Assembly (NCBI GenBank): GCA_965649165.1
Contig: CBFGJT010000004.1
Location: 15,960 to 79,959 of the forward strand
Length of the DNA: 64,000 nt
Reading direction: 5' to 3'
Origin: a candidate division WOR-3 bacterium
GTDB taxonomy: Bacteria; Hydrothermota; Tepidihabitantia; Tepidihabitantales; Tepidihabitantaceae
Shown: in pieces, positions 27,580 through 38,187 of the stretch
How positions within the stretch are numbered: position 1 is the stretch's first letter
How the letters are laid out: every line of letters begins with the position of its first letter
The notes under the pieces: model-generated
Database searches by the model: none
The model's input: the letters and a program-made list of their open reading frames with translations, nothing else
Told to the model about the DNA's origin: nothing
Position numbers and translations under genes: made by a program

Positions 27580-29700
27580 CTACTGTCCACGGTTCACCAG
27601 TGCCAGCCGCTCGGTAATAATCCCCTGCCCACTGTTTGCAACTACCAGATAAATACCACTCCCGGTCTTATCCGGGACCCAGTATGCCCTGCCCAGCCCC
27701 GGACTCACCGGCAGTTCTGCAACCGGCATTCCGCTCAAAGTGTAAACCCTTACCCGGGCATCGCTGGGTAGACCGGCAACTACCACTCCCCTGTGAACCC
27801 CAAAAACAAACGGATTCGGAAAAATCTTCAACCCCTGGGCAACCGAATCCGGCTCCGGTGCATAAGAAAAAACTGAGACACCCCGGGCGGTCCCGATCAC
27901 CGCAACCCCCTGTTCATCATCAAGGGCGAGTGCGGTATAAAAACCGGTCAGACTCTGGGAGTTGGGTAGCAGTCCGCTGTTCTGGGCAGTATAATTCGTC
28001 CAGCTCCCGGTTGCATCATCAAAAATTGACAGCCCCTGGTCAGATAGAAACCACACCCGCCCCCCGCCGTCAACCCGCACCCGGTAAAGGTTATTGGACA
28101 ACAACCGGCTGTTACTTGTAGTATAAACCTGAAACCTGCTTCCGTCCCACATTGCCCCCCCCTGCGGTGTTGCCACCCATACCCGGTCCTGAGGATCAAC
28201 CGCAACTGATCGCACCTCACTTGCCGGCAGCCCTTCGCTGTGCAGAGCATGCCGGTCATCTCCGGGATAAAACAGCGTTCCATTATAGTCGAACTCCTCA
28301 AGCCCGTTGGTCAACCCGACCCACACCCGATTCCGGGAATCAAAGGCAAACTCATAATTGCCCCCTGGTGGTGGCACCAGCTCTGGCAGATAAAACTCCG
28401 CCTCCCTGCCCAACGAATCGATTGCGATAACCGAACCGCTTTTGTTAAACACCCATTTGGTATCATTACGGTCCAACCCGAACGCCTGAACCACATTCCG
28501 ATCCCCGGACCCCAGCTGTCGACTCCCCCAGGTATCAGCCTCTGGATCATAAACACTCAACCCGCCCGGATAGAAATGGCTGAACCAAATCCTTCCCCGC
28601 GAATCGCATCGCGCCTGCACCGCCCAGCTCAGGGGAGAAAGAATAATCTGCACTGAACTGTCCGGCTTAATCCGGGAGATGTAGGAACTGTGGTGCCCGA
28701 CATAAATACTCCCGTCTTTCCCCAAGGCACAGTCGCTCACCATTCCCGAGGCAACGCCGTTAAAATAGTAACTTTCCCAGGACTGACCGCTCCGCAGATA
28801 CCGCAAGCCCAGCCCCCACTCATCATTTCCTCCCAGCCCGGCCCACAAAACCGCACCGGCACACAGACAACGAATGTCACCCAGCAGCAGCGGTACCATC
28901 ATCCCGGCGCTGTCAACCTGAAACAGCGTATCCGCGGTTGCAAGATAGATACTGTTGCCCGTAACTGCCAGATCCCGGACCGCCTTTGCCTGCGCGAATG
29001 TCACTATCGGCACCAGCCTGCCGGTATCTCCAACCACTAGCCCCTGCTCAGTACCGGCAACAATCCGGCCATCGGACAGCAGGGCGATGGCACTCACTGA
29101 ATCCCCCAGCGGTCGGCGAAAGGCGCGCCAGCGGCTGAACTCCTGATCAACCTGCGTCAATCCCTGATTAGTTCCGATCCAGTAACCGTCAGAGCTGACC
29201 GCAATCGCCAGCACCCGGTCACTCAAAAGCTCCCGCACCCGGGCAAAATTGTAATGCTCAACCCGGTCATCCTCAAAATTCAACGGTGAACCCCGCATCT
29301 CAACAACATACAAGCCCTGCTCAGTGCCGAGCAACACCCGCTCAGAATCAACCACCACCGCCCGGATCCGCAGTGGCAGTTCACCGGCGCGATACAGCCG
29401 GGCACGGACCGAATCGGCGGGGATAACCGCCAGTCCGGCACCATCGGTTCCAACCCAGAGATTACGCTCCCGATCCCGGGCAATACAGAGACAACGATTC
29501 ACCCCCAGTCCGTCTGTATGGTAGAAATGGTGCCAGACCCTGATCTCCGGTTTTGTCTCCAAAATTACCACCCCGCCCAGGGTTGCCGCATTCAGTATCG
29601 AATCATCACCGCACAGATCAGCGACAAAATTACTGTTGGTAAATGTCTGCCAGCCACCAGGTGCAGCGGACAGGAGCAACATAATTGCCAAACTCATCAT
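27580..29700 (-). CDS. Secreted beta-propeller protein with a T9SS C-terminal sorting domain; the repeats resemble the two-component-regulator-propeller type
   Basis: Signal peptide MMSLAIMLLLSAAPG. Repeated …W(F/I/V)GT..GL… propeller blades. The C-terminus …KIFPNPFVFGVHRGVVVAG…VRVYTLSGMPV… is a Por-secretion tail. Confidence 0.6.
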   Translation of the reverse strand: MMSLAIMLLLSAAPGGWQTFTNSNFVADLCGDDSILNAATLGGVVILETKPEIRVWHHFYHTDGLGVNRCLCIARDRERNLWVGTDGAGLAVIPADSVRARLYRAGELPLRIRAVVVDSERVLLGTEQGLYVVEMRGSPLNFEDDRVEHYNFARVRELLSDRVLAIAVSSDGYWIGTNQGLTQVDQEFSRWRAFRRPLGDSVSAIALLSDGRIVAGTEQGLVVGDTGRLVPIVTFAQAKAVRDLAVTGNSIYLATADTLFQVDSAGMMVPLLLGDIRCLCAGAVLWAGLGGNDEWGLGLRYLRSGQSWESYYFNGVASGMVSDCALGKDGSIYVGHHSSYISRIKPDSSVQIILSPLSWAVQARCDSRGRIWFSHFYPGGLSVYDPEADTWGSRQLGSGDRNVVQAFGLDRNDTKWVFNKSGSVIAIDSLGREAEFYLPELVPPPGGNYEFAFDSRNRVWVGLTNGLEEFDYNGTLFYPGDDRHALHSEGLPASEVRSVAVDPQDRVWVATPQGGAMWDGSRFQVYTTSNSRLLSNNLYRVRVDGGGRVWFLSDQGLSIFDDATGSWTNYTAQNSGLLPNSQSLTGFYTALALDDEQGVAVIGTARGVSVFSYAPEPDSVAQGLKIFPNPFVFGVHRGVVVAGLPSDARVRVYTLSGMPVAELPVSPGLGRAYWVPDKTGSGIYLVVANSGQGIITERLALVNRGQ

Positions 29701-29748
29701 GCTGATAATAAAGAAAATGAAGCGAAAATCAACCCTGCCTCTCGGGAC

Positions 29749-31116
29749 TCAATAAGCGCCGCGACCGGTCAGCACCGCCCTGATTGTGCGCACAAGAATG
29801 GAAAAATCCAGCCACAGCGACCAGTTCCGGATATAATACTCATCCAGCAGCATCCGCTCCTCAAACGGCAGCTCCGCACGACCGGAAACCTGCCACAGAC
29901 CGGTAAGTCCGGGACGGACGCGCACAATTGTCTTCAGATATTCTCCCACCCGCTCCAGTTCGCTTACCAGATAAGGCCTGGGACCCACCAGTGCCATATC
30001 GCCCTTGAGCACATTTAACAGCTGGGGCAGTTCATCAAGACTGAACCGGCGCAGCCACCGGCCGATCCGGGTTACCCGCGGATCTCCGGTAATCCGAGCA
30101 TACCTTTCCCACTCTGCCCGCACCGCCGGATCCCGCCTCAGAATCTCCTCAAGCCGGGCCTCTGCGTCCTGGTACATCGTCCGGAACTTCAGACAGGTAA
30201 ACACCCTCCCGCCCCGGCCGATGCGCGGCTGCCGGAAGAAAACCGTTCCGGGCGAAGACAGCTTCACCAGCAGCGCCAGAACCCCAAACACCGGCAGCAG
30301 TACAATCGTCAACACCAGACTCAGCACAAACTCCAGCACCTGTTTTGTCCAGAGGTTAATCGGCCGGAGCAGATTATAACGGTATTTCAGAACCAGTAGA
30401 CTTCCGATCTGCTCTACTGCAGCGGTAGAGGTGGTCAGCAGGCTGAGATTGGGCAGAATCATCATCTCGGCAAAACTCTGCTCCGCATCCTCAAAGATCT
30501 GCTTCAGCTCCTGTTCGCTGAAACAGTCTGCCAGGACCACCACCAGCGACCCGGAAGGGATTTCTGTCCGGGAAACCAGTGCCCGCAGCGGCTCATTGTC
30601 TACCGGCCGCTCAATCCGTGCTATGATCCGGTAACCCATGGTCCGGTGCTTATTCAGCTCGGCCTCAAAAAGCTGGGCGGCACTGCCGAAGCCAAAAATC
30701 ACTAGCGGCTGATCCAGCAGTTGTAACCGCACCAGCAACCGCTTCAGCAATGTGCGAATGGAAGGCACGAGCACAGCACTGAACAGCGCACTCAGCACAA
30801 CCACCAGCCGCGACACAATCCACAACCGCACCATGAACAGCAGAATAGTCAAAAGTGCACTGCCGATTACTACCCCGCGCACACACCGGCGTCTTTCCTC
30901 CCATTCGGTGAGCCTTTTCGTATACAACCCCTCATAGGCAAACACAAACGGGAAAATGAGCAGCAGATATGCCCGGCTCAGCAGGCTGGCGATGAAGGTT
31001 GCGCCTCCAGACCACCACGAACGGACAAAATAGCCCAGAATAAAGCTTAAGAGCACCCCTGCGAGATCCCCTACAACCAGCAACGCGATAACTAACAGCC
31101 CCTTAAGCCGGTGCAA
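29749..31116 (-). CDS. Polyprenyl-phosphate glycosyl-1-phosphate transferase, WbaP/EpsL-like initiating sugar transferase. The start is TTG at 31116, 5 nt after AGGAGG.
   Basis: The C-terminal catalytic domain …CLKFRTM…DELPQLLNVLKGDMALVGPRP…PGLTGLWQVSGR… belongs to the bacterial sugar-transferase family. The N-terminal half is multi-TM. Confidence 0.75.
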   Translation of the reverse strand: MHRLKGLLVIALLVVGDLAGVLLSFILGYFVRSWWSGGATFIASLLSRAYLLLIFPFVFAYEGLYTKRLTEWEERRRCVRGVVIGSALLTILLFMVRLWIVSRLVVVLSALFSAVLVPSIRTLLKRLLVRLQLLDQPLVIFGFGSAAQLFEAELNKHRTMGYRIIARIERPVDNEPLRALVSRTEIPSGSLVVVLADCFSEQELKQIFEDAEQSFAEMMILPNLSLLTTSTAAVEQIGSLLVLKYRYNLLRPINLWTKQVLEFVLSLVLTIVLLPVFGVLALLVKLSSPGTVFFRQPRIGRGGRVFTCLKFRTMYQDAEARLEEILRRDPAVRAEWERYARITGDPRVTRIGRWLRRFSLDELPQLLNVLKGDMALVGPRPYLVSELERVGEYLKTIVRVRPGLTGLWQVSGRAELPFEERMLLDEYYIRNWSLWLDFSILVRTIRAVLTGRGAY

Positions 31117-32037
31117 TCCTGCCTCCTGTCTTCGCTCCCCTCCTTTGCCAGGAATACTCAAACTCCCCCAGCCCCGCAACCGCCAGTGCCTCCAGGCCGA
31201 AGTAATAGCCGGCAAACAGTGCTGAAAGAAGCGGTGAACCCGGCAATCCGCTGCGTTGAATAAAGTACCGGCGCAGCCCCCGCACCCGATGATACTCGGT
31301 CCGGCGGCGCCAGCGGCGGCGCACAGCACCATAATAATGAATCACCCTTGCCCGCGGTTCAAGAAACACCCGCCAACCCTGCCGCCGGAGCCGATCGCAG
31401 ATATCCAGATCCTCAGCGAACATGAAATACCCTTCATCAAAACCGCCGACAGCGGCAAAGGCGCTGCGCCGGAATACCATCACCGTACCGATCACCGCCT
31501 CCACCTCCACCGGTTCCGTACTTCGCCATGCATCCAGATAGAGAAATTCCCGTGCCGGTGCGTGCCCGGGAAACATCCGGACAAGCGGTGAGCGCCTGCC
31601 CCAGAAAAGATAGCGCACTCTTGGCAACCGCCGACAGGAGGGCTGGGGAGTTCCGTCCGGGTAGTAAAGCTGAGGGGAAACCACCCCGGCAGCTGGCTGG
31701 GACCTGATAAACTCCACCAGCCGGCGCAGACTCAGGGCAGTAAACTGGACATCCGGATTGCACACCGCCACCTGCTCAGCCCGGGTATGCGCAACCCCCC
31801 GATTGGCAGCCGCTCCATAACCGAGATTTTTCTTAAGAAGCAGAACACGGGCACCAAATTCCTCGCCAACCTTTTGCAACCACTCCCGCTCCTTTTCACC
31901 CGGGCTGAAGTTATCCACGACTAAAAGCTCCACATTCAGATTTCCTGTTGCCTGCTTCGCACTTGCCAGTGCGGCTCTCAGCCACCGGGCAGAATCGTAA
32001 TTGACAAACACCAGTGCCAGCTCCGGCTCTCCCATTA
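31103..32037 (-). CDS. Family-2 glycosyltransferase (GT-A fold)
   Basis: …LALVFVNYDSARWL…VVDNFSPGE…GYGAAANRG…FMFAEDLDICDRL… carries the DxD/GT2 architecture. Its start overlaps the upstream stop (TAATG). Confidence 0.7.
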
Positions 32038-33333
32038 ACCCGTCCTGCACTTCGTCAGCAGTCCTGAGCAGCCGGCACCTGCCAGTGCGGTAAAGAAAGG
32101 CATCGCCGGCACCCGGAACCGGCCATCGCCGAGCGGTGCCGCAACTAGGACAAAATAAACTCCCAGTGCCAGCAACAGCCAGACCCATGACCGGGGCTGC
32201 GCCTGAAGCAGCGCCCGGAAAAGAAAGAAAATGGTTCCGCATGTGAGCACCAGCTCCAGCCCACTCAGGAGAAAAATCAACATTCTAACCCCAACCGGCA
32301 GCACATCCGGCAGTGCGCCCAGCCTTGCCAGCCGCAGCTCAGGTGCCACTACCCGCAGCACCAGGTCATCCGCCTTGGTCCCGAACATAATCCGCCCCAC
32401 GCTCCGCAGATAGATCTTCAGAAATCGCACCGGCTCCTGAACGATAACCCTCATCCCGATTCTGCCCAGCCGTTTGCCGAGCTCAAGGGGATTATCATCC
32501 TCGAGCTCCTGCCGATACCGCTCCACCAGAAAAACCCGGGCGTAATTAAGCGGCACCTGAAGTTTATCCGCCACCACCTCAGCCGCACCGGCATAAAACA
32601 GATTGTAGCCACCGTTGGAACTGAACCCGGGCCTGCCCCAAACCCACCAGTTCCGAATTACCCAGCACCCAGGCAAAACACCGAAACACACGAGAAACAG
32701 CATCACCCGTTGCCACCGTACCCTTTTCAGGACCAGAAAAACTGCAACCGGCAGAAAGAGAAAACCCCCGACCGGCCTGGTCATCGCCGCCATTCCCAGC
32801 ATCATTCCACAGAGCCACTCCTGACTATAACTCAACGCCAGCAGTGCGCCGGTAACCAGAAAGACAAACAGCGGTTCACTCATCACCATTCCGCAATGGG
32901 TGATGTTGGGGATGTCAACCGCCAGCAACCCGGCACCCACCAGCCCGGCAACCGAACCGAAGATCCTCATTCCTGCCCGACCAGCAAACAGCACACTTAT
33001 CGCCGAAAACACTGCCTGCAGGACCGCCATCACAATAAAATTATTATTAATTAATGCGAGCAGCAGCGGATAGCCCGGCAGCCGGAATGTCACCGGCCCC
33101 CCGTTCCAGCTGAACCTGCCACGCGCCCGGAGATTTTCTGCCAGCAGCAGGTACTGCTGGGAATCACCCAGCTCCAGATACGGCTCCCGGAGATACTCCA
33201 CTTCGGACCTTGCCTTTTGCACCGGTTCTCCCGGCGTCATCCGGTTTTTATACCCCAGACCCACAAGCAACCGGATGAGCAGAGCTGCACCCGTAATCAA
33301 AAACAGAAGCCTGATTTCGGGATTAACCTTCAA
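32035..33333 (-). CDS. Polytopic GT-C-type membrane glycosyltransferase of the ArnT / PMT (GT39/GT83-like) family
   Basis: 432 aa with about 11 TM helices. The N-terminal extracytoplasmic loop and length pattern are typical of the PMT_2 family. Confidence 0.45.
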   Translation of the reverse strand: MKVNPEIRLLFLITGAALLIRLLVGLGYKNRMTPGEPVQKARSEVEYLREPYLELGDSQQYLLLAENLRARGRFSWNGGPVTFRLPGYPLLLALINNNFIVMAVLQAVFSAISVLFAGRAGMRIFGSVAGLVGAGLLAVDIPNITHCGMVMSEPLFVFLVTGALLALSYSQEWLCGMMLGMAAMTRPVGGFLFLPVAVFLVLKRVRWQRVMLFLVCFGVLPGCWVIRNWWVWGRPGFSSNGGYNLFYAGAAEVVADKLQVPLNYARVFLVERYRQELEDDNPLELGKRLGRIGMRVIVQEPVRFLKIYLRSVGRIMFGTKADDLVLRVVAPELRLARLGALPDVLPVGVRMLIFLLSGLELVLTCGTIFFLFRALLQAQPRSWVWLLLALGVYFVLVAAPLGDGRFRVPAMPFFTALAGAGCSGLLTKCRTG

Positions 33334-33535
33334 TATATATCACCTTATATCCGGTTTCCCGCCGATGTCAAGGATAATACCATCAAACCGGCAGCGCCGT
33401 TCCAACCGCTTCCATTTTATCGATTCCTGATGAGTCAATTTCACATCTTTTTAATTATCAATCAGTTATGCAATAAACCCGGTCAAAGGGGGCTAGCCCC
33501 GGGCAGGGGTGAGTATTGTTGTCAGGTCTTAACCG

Positions 33536-35530
33536 GTGTCGGGATTTCCGCCCGGTTTGTCTTTAAATCAGAAGCCAACTGTTCATATGGCTTTCCCGTT
33601 GACATCAGGCGTCACCCGGATAAACTTCCTTGTGCTGAAGACCGGCATCCTGCTTCGCCGTTATCTTCTGCCCCTTTTTGCCTTCCTGCTGCCCTTTGCG
33701 CTGTATTTTGCCACCACTGCCCGGGACATCTTCTGGCTTGATTCAGCCGAGTTTGTGGTCGTAACCGCAAATAACGGTCTGGCACATCCACCCGGGTATC
33801 CATTACTTTTGTGGATATTAAAAGCTGCTTCCCTCATACCGGTTCTATCCCTACCATTCCGCCTCAACCTGATCTCCAGCCTGTTTGCTGCCGCTTCCTG
33901 CCTTGTCCTTTTTCTGTCTCTGCACCGGCTCACCCGTAATCCTGTCGCCTCCCTGCTGGGTGCACTACTCTGGGCGGCATCCTATGAGCTGTGGCAGCAG
34001 GCAACCGCAATTGAGGTCTACAGTCTCCACACCCTGCTCGTCGCCCTGCTGCTGCTCCTGGCAACTGTCCGTGCTCAAACCGGTTCAATCCGAAGTCTGC
34101 TTTTAATCTTTTTCCTTCTCGGAGTTGGCATCGCCCACCACCTCTTCATCATCTTCTGGATTCCGGGCCTGATGGTCATCGCCATTACCAGTGCCAGACG
34201 CTCCATCCTCCGCACCCTTCCTGCGGGTATCGCACTCCTGCTGCTCGGCCCGCTCCTCTATTTCAGCCTGCTTTTTCGCTCTCAAGACCCACCTGGGTGG
34301 GCAGGGGTCTACAACATCAGCGACCTGCTGGCTTATATCACCGCCCGGATTTACCGCTACCGGTTTCTTGCCGGTGGTACAGATTACCTTGCCACTCAGT
34401 TGGGCGATCTGCCGGGAATGCTCTTCCGGCAGTTCACCGTCTTCTGGCTTTTGCTCATCCCCGGTATCATCGGCATGCTCAAATCCCACCGGCGACTGTT
34501 CTGGGGCTTTTTTACAGGGGTTCTGACTGCCGGACCTGCGGTCCTGCTTTACAACATTCCGGACAAAGAGGGTTACTTTCTGCCGGTCTGGTTTGTCTGT
34601 GCTCTGCTCATCGGTTACGGCCTCCACTATCTTTTTTCGCGCGTAAAACCGACGCCGGTCGCCATTACCATTGCAATCCTGATCGCTGCCCAGACGGTTT
34701 ACTTTTACCCGCGCCAAGACCGCTCGCACCTGACCAGCCTCGCCGACCTGGCACAAGCGGTTAATGCGGAAATGCCAGAGAATGCAATACTATTCACTGA
34801 TGACTACAGTCTTTTTCACGGCATCAACTGGCTCAACCTCCACTCCGGACCTGAAGACCGAATTTTGATCGTCAGCCAGTATCACCTGACCCTCCCCTGG
34901 TATCTCAGACAGCTTATGCGGAATCTGCCTGTCCCGGAGGCAGTGCTTACAACCGCTGAAGACCTCTGGACCAATCCGGTCCGAACGAGTGACATCCGGT
35001 TTGGTGAGACTGCCCGCCGTACCGCAGAGGAGATCATGGCGAACCTCGTCTCGGGTCTTAAGGGGAAAAGGGTGTTTTTCTTCCCTCATAACTTCACCAC
35101 CCTCCTGGAAAACTGGCAGGGCTGGCGAGTTAAATTTAACGGTTTGACCTATGAACTCCTGCCCGCAAACGACACTCTGCCCGCACCGCCGGAATCGTTG
35201 CACCTGCCCGGCCCGGAGCGGTATCAGACCCTCCGGTTTTACGACCCGTTAACCGTTGATCTCTGCCGACGCTTTGCCGCCACAGTCAACCGCCGGGGTA
35301 TGCTGAAATATGCCCGAGGAGATGCTGGCGGTGCCGTTGCCGATTTCAACTGGAGTCTTCAGTATTATCCGGATTATCCTGCAGCAATTGAGAACAAGGG
35401 TCTGGTATTTGCCTTTGAGGGCCAACCGGACAGCGCCCGGCACTATCTCTGCCTTTTTCTCGAGCTGGAACCGAACTCGCCGGAAAGAGAAAAGGTGAAA
35501 CTGATCCTTGGCCGGCTCGGCAGCTACTGA
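33536..35530 (+). CDS. Polytopic membrane protein of the DUF2723/TMEM260-like GT-C glycosyltransferase family, with C-terminal TPR repeats
   Basis: N-terminal multi-TM region …ARDIFWLDSAEFVVVTANNGLAHPPGYPL…. The C-terminal soluble domain ends with TPR-like repeats (…DAGGAVADFNWSLQYYPDYPAAIENKGLVF…). Confidence 0.45.
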   Translation: MSGFPPGLSLNQKPTVHMAFPLTSGVTRINFLVLKTGILLRRYLLPLFAFLLPFALYFATTARDIFWLDSAEFVVVTANNGLAHPPGYPLLLWILKAASLIPVLSLPFRLNLISSLFAAASCLVLFLSLHRLTRNPVASLLGALLWAASYELWQQATAIEVYSLHTLLVALLLLLATVRAQTGSIRSLLLIFFLLGVGIAHHLFIIFWIPGLMVIAITSARRSILRTLPAGIALLLLGPLLYFSLLFRSQDPPGWAGVYNISDLLAYITARIYRYRFLAGGTDYLATQLGDLPGMLFRQFTVFWLLLIPGIIGMLKSHRRLFWGFFTGVLTAGPAVLLYNIPDKEGYFLPVWFVCALLIGYGLHYLFSRVKPTPVAITIAILIAAQTVYFYPRQDRSHLTSLADLAQAVNAEMPENAILFTDDYSLFHGINWLNLHSGPEDRILIVSQYHLTLPWYLRQLMRNLPVPEAVLTTAEDLWTNPVRTSDIRFGETARRTAEEIMANLVSGLKGKRVFFFPHNFTTLLENWQGWRVKFNGLTYELLPANDTLPAPPESLHLPGPERYQTLRFYDPLTVDLCRRFAATVNRRGMLKYARGDAGGAVADFNWSLQYYPDYPAAIENKGLVFAFEGQPDSARHYLCLFLELEPNSPEREKVKLILGRLGSY

Positions 35531-36213
35531 TCTTTGGTCCTGAATTTTGCTGACCGCCGACGTGCAGAAAAAAACTGCTGGAGTGCAATCATTAAAATCA
35601 ACACCGCCGCAATCGCCGCACCCCACCACCTGAGCAAAGACAGCGCAGTGACAATGACCGCTGCCATCAGCACCCCAAGAAAGATACCCAGCAGTGCCCG
35701 GAAATAGGACATTCCAAGCAGCACCGCTGCAACCGAACCGGTCCAGGCACCGGTCATCGGTAACGGTATACCCACAAAGATCACCAGCCCCCAGAACTCA
35801 AACCGCTCAATCACTCCGCTCCTTTTTCTTGTCCGCTGAAACAGCCAGCCAAAGAACCGCCGGAAAACAGAAATATGCCCGAGCCACTCCACCGCCTTCT
35901 CCAGCAGCAGAAGCACCAGAAGAATTGGCACCATATTACCGGTAATTGAGAATAAAAGCGTCTGCCATAATGGCAGCTCGAAAAGGTTGTTACCGATCGG
36001 CACCGCACCGCGCAACTCAACAACCGGCACCGTTGAAACCAGAAATACGATCAATTGCGGACTCATACCCCGCAGGTGCAGCCATTCGGCAATCCGCTCG
36101 CCGCTGCCGGCATAAACCAGCGCTGGAACAGCCACCAGCAACAGAACCCACAGCAGTCTCCTCCAATTTTGCTTTCGATTTGGTCCACTCCCCAACCCCT
36201 GAACTACGCTCAT
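35524..36213 (-). CDS. Small multidrug export protein family (Sm_multidrug_ex / COG2426-like) membrane protein
   Basis: …VPVVELRGAVPIG… motif; about 6 TM helices; 229 aa. Confidence 0.45.
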   Translation of the reverse strand: MSVVQGLGSGPNRKQNWRRLLWVLLLVAVPALVYAGSGERIAEWLHLRGMSPQLIVFLVSTVPVVELRGAVPIGNNLFELPLWQTLLFSITGNMVPILLVLLLLEKAVEWLGHISVFRRFFGWLFQRTRKRSGVIERFEFWGLVIFVGIPLPMTGAWTGSVAAVLLGMSYFRALLGIFLGVLMAAVIVTALSLLRWWGAAIAAVLILMIALQQFFSARRRSAKFRTKDQ

Positions 36214-38187
36214 CTAATACAACCCCTTTCTGCGTCTTAATAAAAGCTCAACCCCGAACAGCACCGCCATCAGTCCGAACCACCAGGGCACACCTCTCGG
36301 GTCCAGAACCAGCCGGCGCTGATAACCCCGGGTCCTGATCCCTTTTATCAGCTCGGGAGCCAGACTTTCCGCTGGGACAAACCAGCCGTTCCCTGCCTGA
36401 GCGATCCGCTCCAGCAAACCGCGGTTCAGGCCCAGCCGGACCAGCTCTACACCCTGCTCATCAACAAACCAGTCAACCCTGGCAGTGCCCAGAACCACCC
36501 CCTCCTGACGCACCTCAGCAACCGCATGGCGACTACCCGGAGCAGAACCCTGGATCGTTGCCTGATATATCCCTGCTCCCCGTTCTACCATCGGGACCCA
36601 GATGCCACCAGTATCAACCCGGACACGCACATCCAGTCCCTCCCAGCAGCCCCCTCCCGGACGCCGCGCCCGTAGTTGCAACCGCACCGGTTCGCCCGCC
36701 AGATAGTTCAAACGGTCGGCCTCCATCACAAACCGGCTCGTATCCCGTTCTGCCAGATAACGGCTCAATCGGTCAAGCAATACCGCGAGCGGTGAATCAC
36801 GGCCAAAGGAAATTTCCGGCAGAAAACCCCAGCGCCAGAGCGGATAACCACCAAAATAAACCACTCTGCCCTTGCCCCTTTTGCCGGCGACAACCACCGG
36901 CTTGCCGTTTTCCCCTGCCTGAAGCCAGACTGCAGCGTCAGCATCTGGAACTCCGGTGATCAGCGTGTTGAACGGTGGCAGAAGATTGAAATCAATCCCG
37001 CCGGGTCCAAAAATCCCGGCAATCTCGGCATCACTAGTGGGCACCGGTGTGAAACTGCCCTTCAACACCGTCCATTGCGACAGCGGTAACATCCGACTCA
37101 GCACCGGTCCGAAAGCATTATCTCCCCCGGCGATAAAAAAAAGACCTGCACCACCTCTTATCTGTGCTTCCAGCCACTGCCACCAGAGCCGGTCCGGCTC
37201 CTTTTCGCTGACTCCGTCAAGCAAATAAACATCGCCTGCCGGCTCCTCTCTGGCATTAAGACTGCCGGTAAAGGAAACCACCGGCTCCAGAGTTACCCTG
37301 GGATTCTGCCGGAGCAGAGCAAGGACAAATCTGGTATTGGGTCCCGGGTTATTTGTAAAGTAAACTATCCGGACCCTTGCCGGCTGTACCTGAACCAGCG
37401 CCTGCGCCCGGTTATCCACAAAGGTTATCTCTCCAGGCAGGCTCTCCACCTGGACCGAAACCACCTTTTCCCCGGGCTGAGTGAAAACAACTGGAAACTC
37501 CAACTCCTGCGCTGAGAAACCGGCACCGGCGATCACCGTCCGCTCCTGCCCCGCAACCGCCACCCGCACCGGCAGGTTTTCCAGCAGTCCGGAACTGACC
37601 AGATACATACGGATTTGTACCGTATCCCCGGCATAAACAAGACCCGGCAACTCCAAATCCCGCACACTGAGATTACAACCGGCATGTTGACCGAAACCCA
37701 CCACATAAACCGGCACCCGCGCCTGTTGCACTACCGCCACCGGACTCAGGTTGCCGTTGTCCTGACCGTCACTCAGCAACAGCACTGCCGCCGGTCTGGA
37801 CTTCATAACCAGTTCCAGCGCCCGCCCCAGCCTGGTCTGCTCATATATCCGACTGGGATCGATCCCGGCATCGACACTGTCGCCAAAGCTCCAGAACTGC
37901 GGCTTCAGACCCCGGGGCAGAAATGAACCAATCTGATCGGCAAGCGCCAGCACCTGGCTGTGTGCCCTGACCGCCTGCATACTCTTGGAACGATCAACCA
38001 GAATTGCGACGCGGCGCGGCCACTCTTGCCAGCTGAAACTAACAATTTGACCGGTGACCATCGCAACAAACATCACCAGCACCACCAGCCGTAAAACAAA
38101 AAGTCCGGGCGCACCTATCGGATGCAGCAACCTCCGATAGGCAAACAGCACGAGAACCAGAAGTATGATACTAACGGCAATACCCAT
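36214..38187 (-). CDS. Membrane-anchored VWA-domain protein of the BatA/BatB aerotolerance type
   Basis: Two N-terminal TM helices, then …AILVDRSKSMQ…LLSDGQDNG…, the vWA MIDAS motifs DxSxS…SDG; 657 aa. Confidence 0.55.
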   Translation of the reverse strand: MGIAVSIILLVLVLFAYRRLLHPIGAPGLFVLRLVVLVMFVAMVTGQIVSFSWQEWPRRVAILVDRSKSMQAVRAHSQVLALADQIGSFLPRGLKPQFWSFGDSVDAGIDPSRIYEQTRLGRALELVMKSRPAAVLLLSDGQDNGNLSPVAVVQQARVPVYVVGFGQHAGCNLSVRDLELPGLVYAGDTVQIRMYLVSSGLLENLPVRVAVAGQERTVIAGAGFSAQELEFPVVFTQPGEKVVSVQVESLPGEITFVDNRAQALVQVQPARVRIVYFTNNPGPNTRFVLALLRQNPRVTLEPVVSFTGSLNAREEPAGDVYLLDGVSEKEPDRLWWQWLEAQIRGGAGLFFIAGGDNAFGPVLSRMLPLSQWTVLKGSFTPVPTSDAEIAGIFGPGGIDFNLLPPFNTLITGVPDADAAVWLQAGENGKPVVVAGKRGKGRVVYFGGYPLWRWGFLPEISFGRDSPLAVLLDRLSRYLAERDTSRFVMEADRLNYLAGEPVRLQLRARRPGGGCWEGLDVRVRVDTGGIWVPMVERGAGIYQATIQGSAPGSRHAVAEVRQEGVVLGTARVDWFVDEQGVELVRLGLNRGLLERIAQAGNGWFVPAESLAPELIKGIRTRGYQRRLVLDPRGVPWWFGLMAVLFGVELLLRRRKGLY

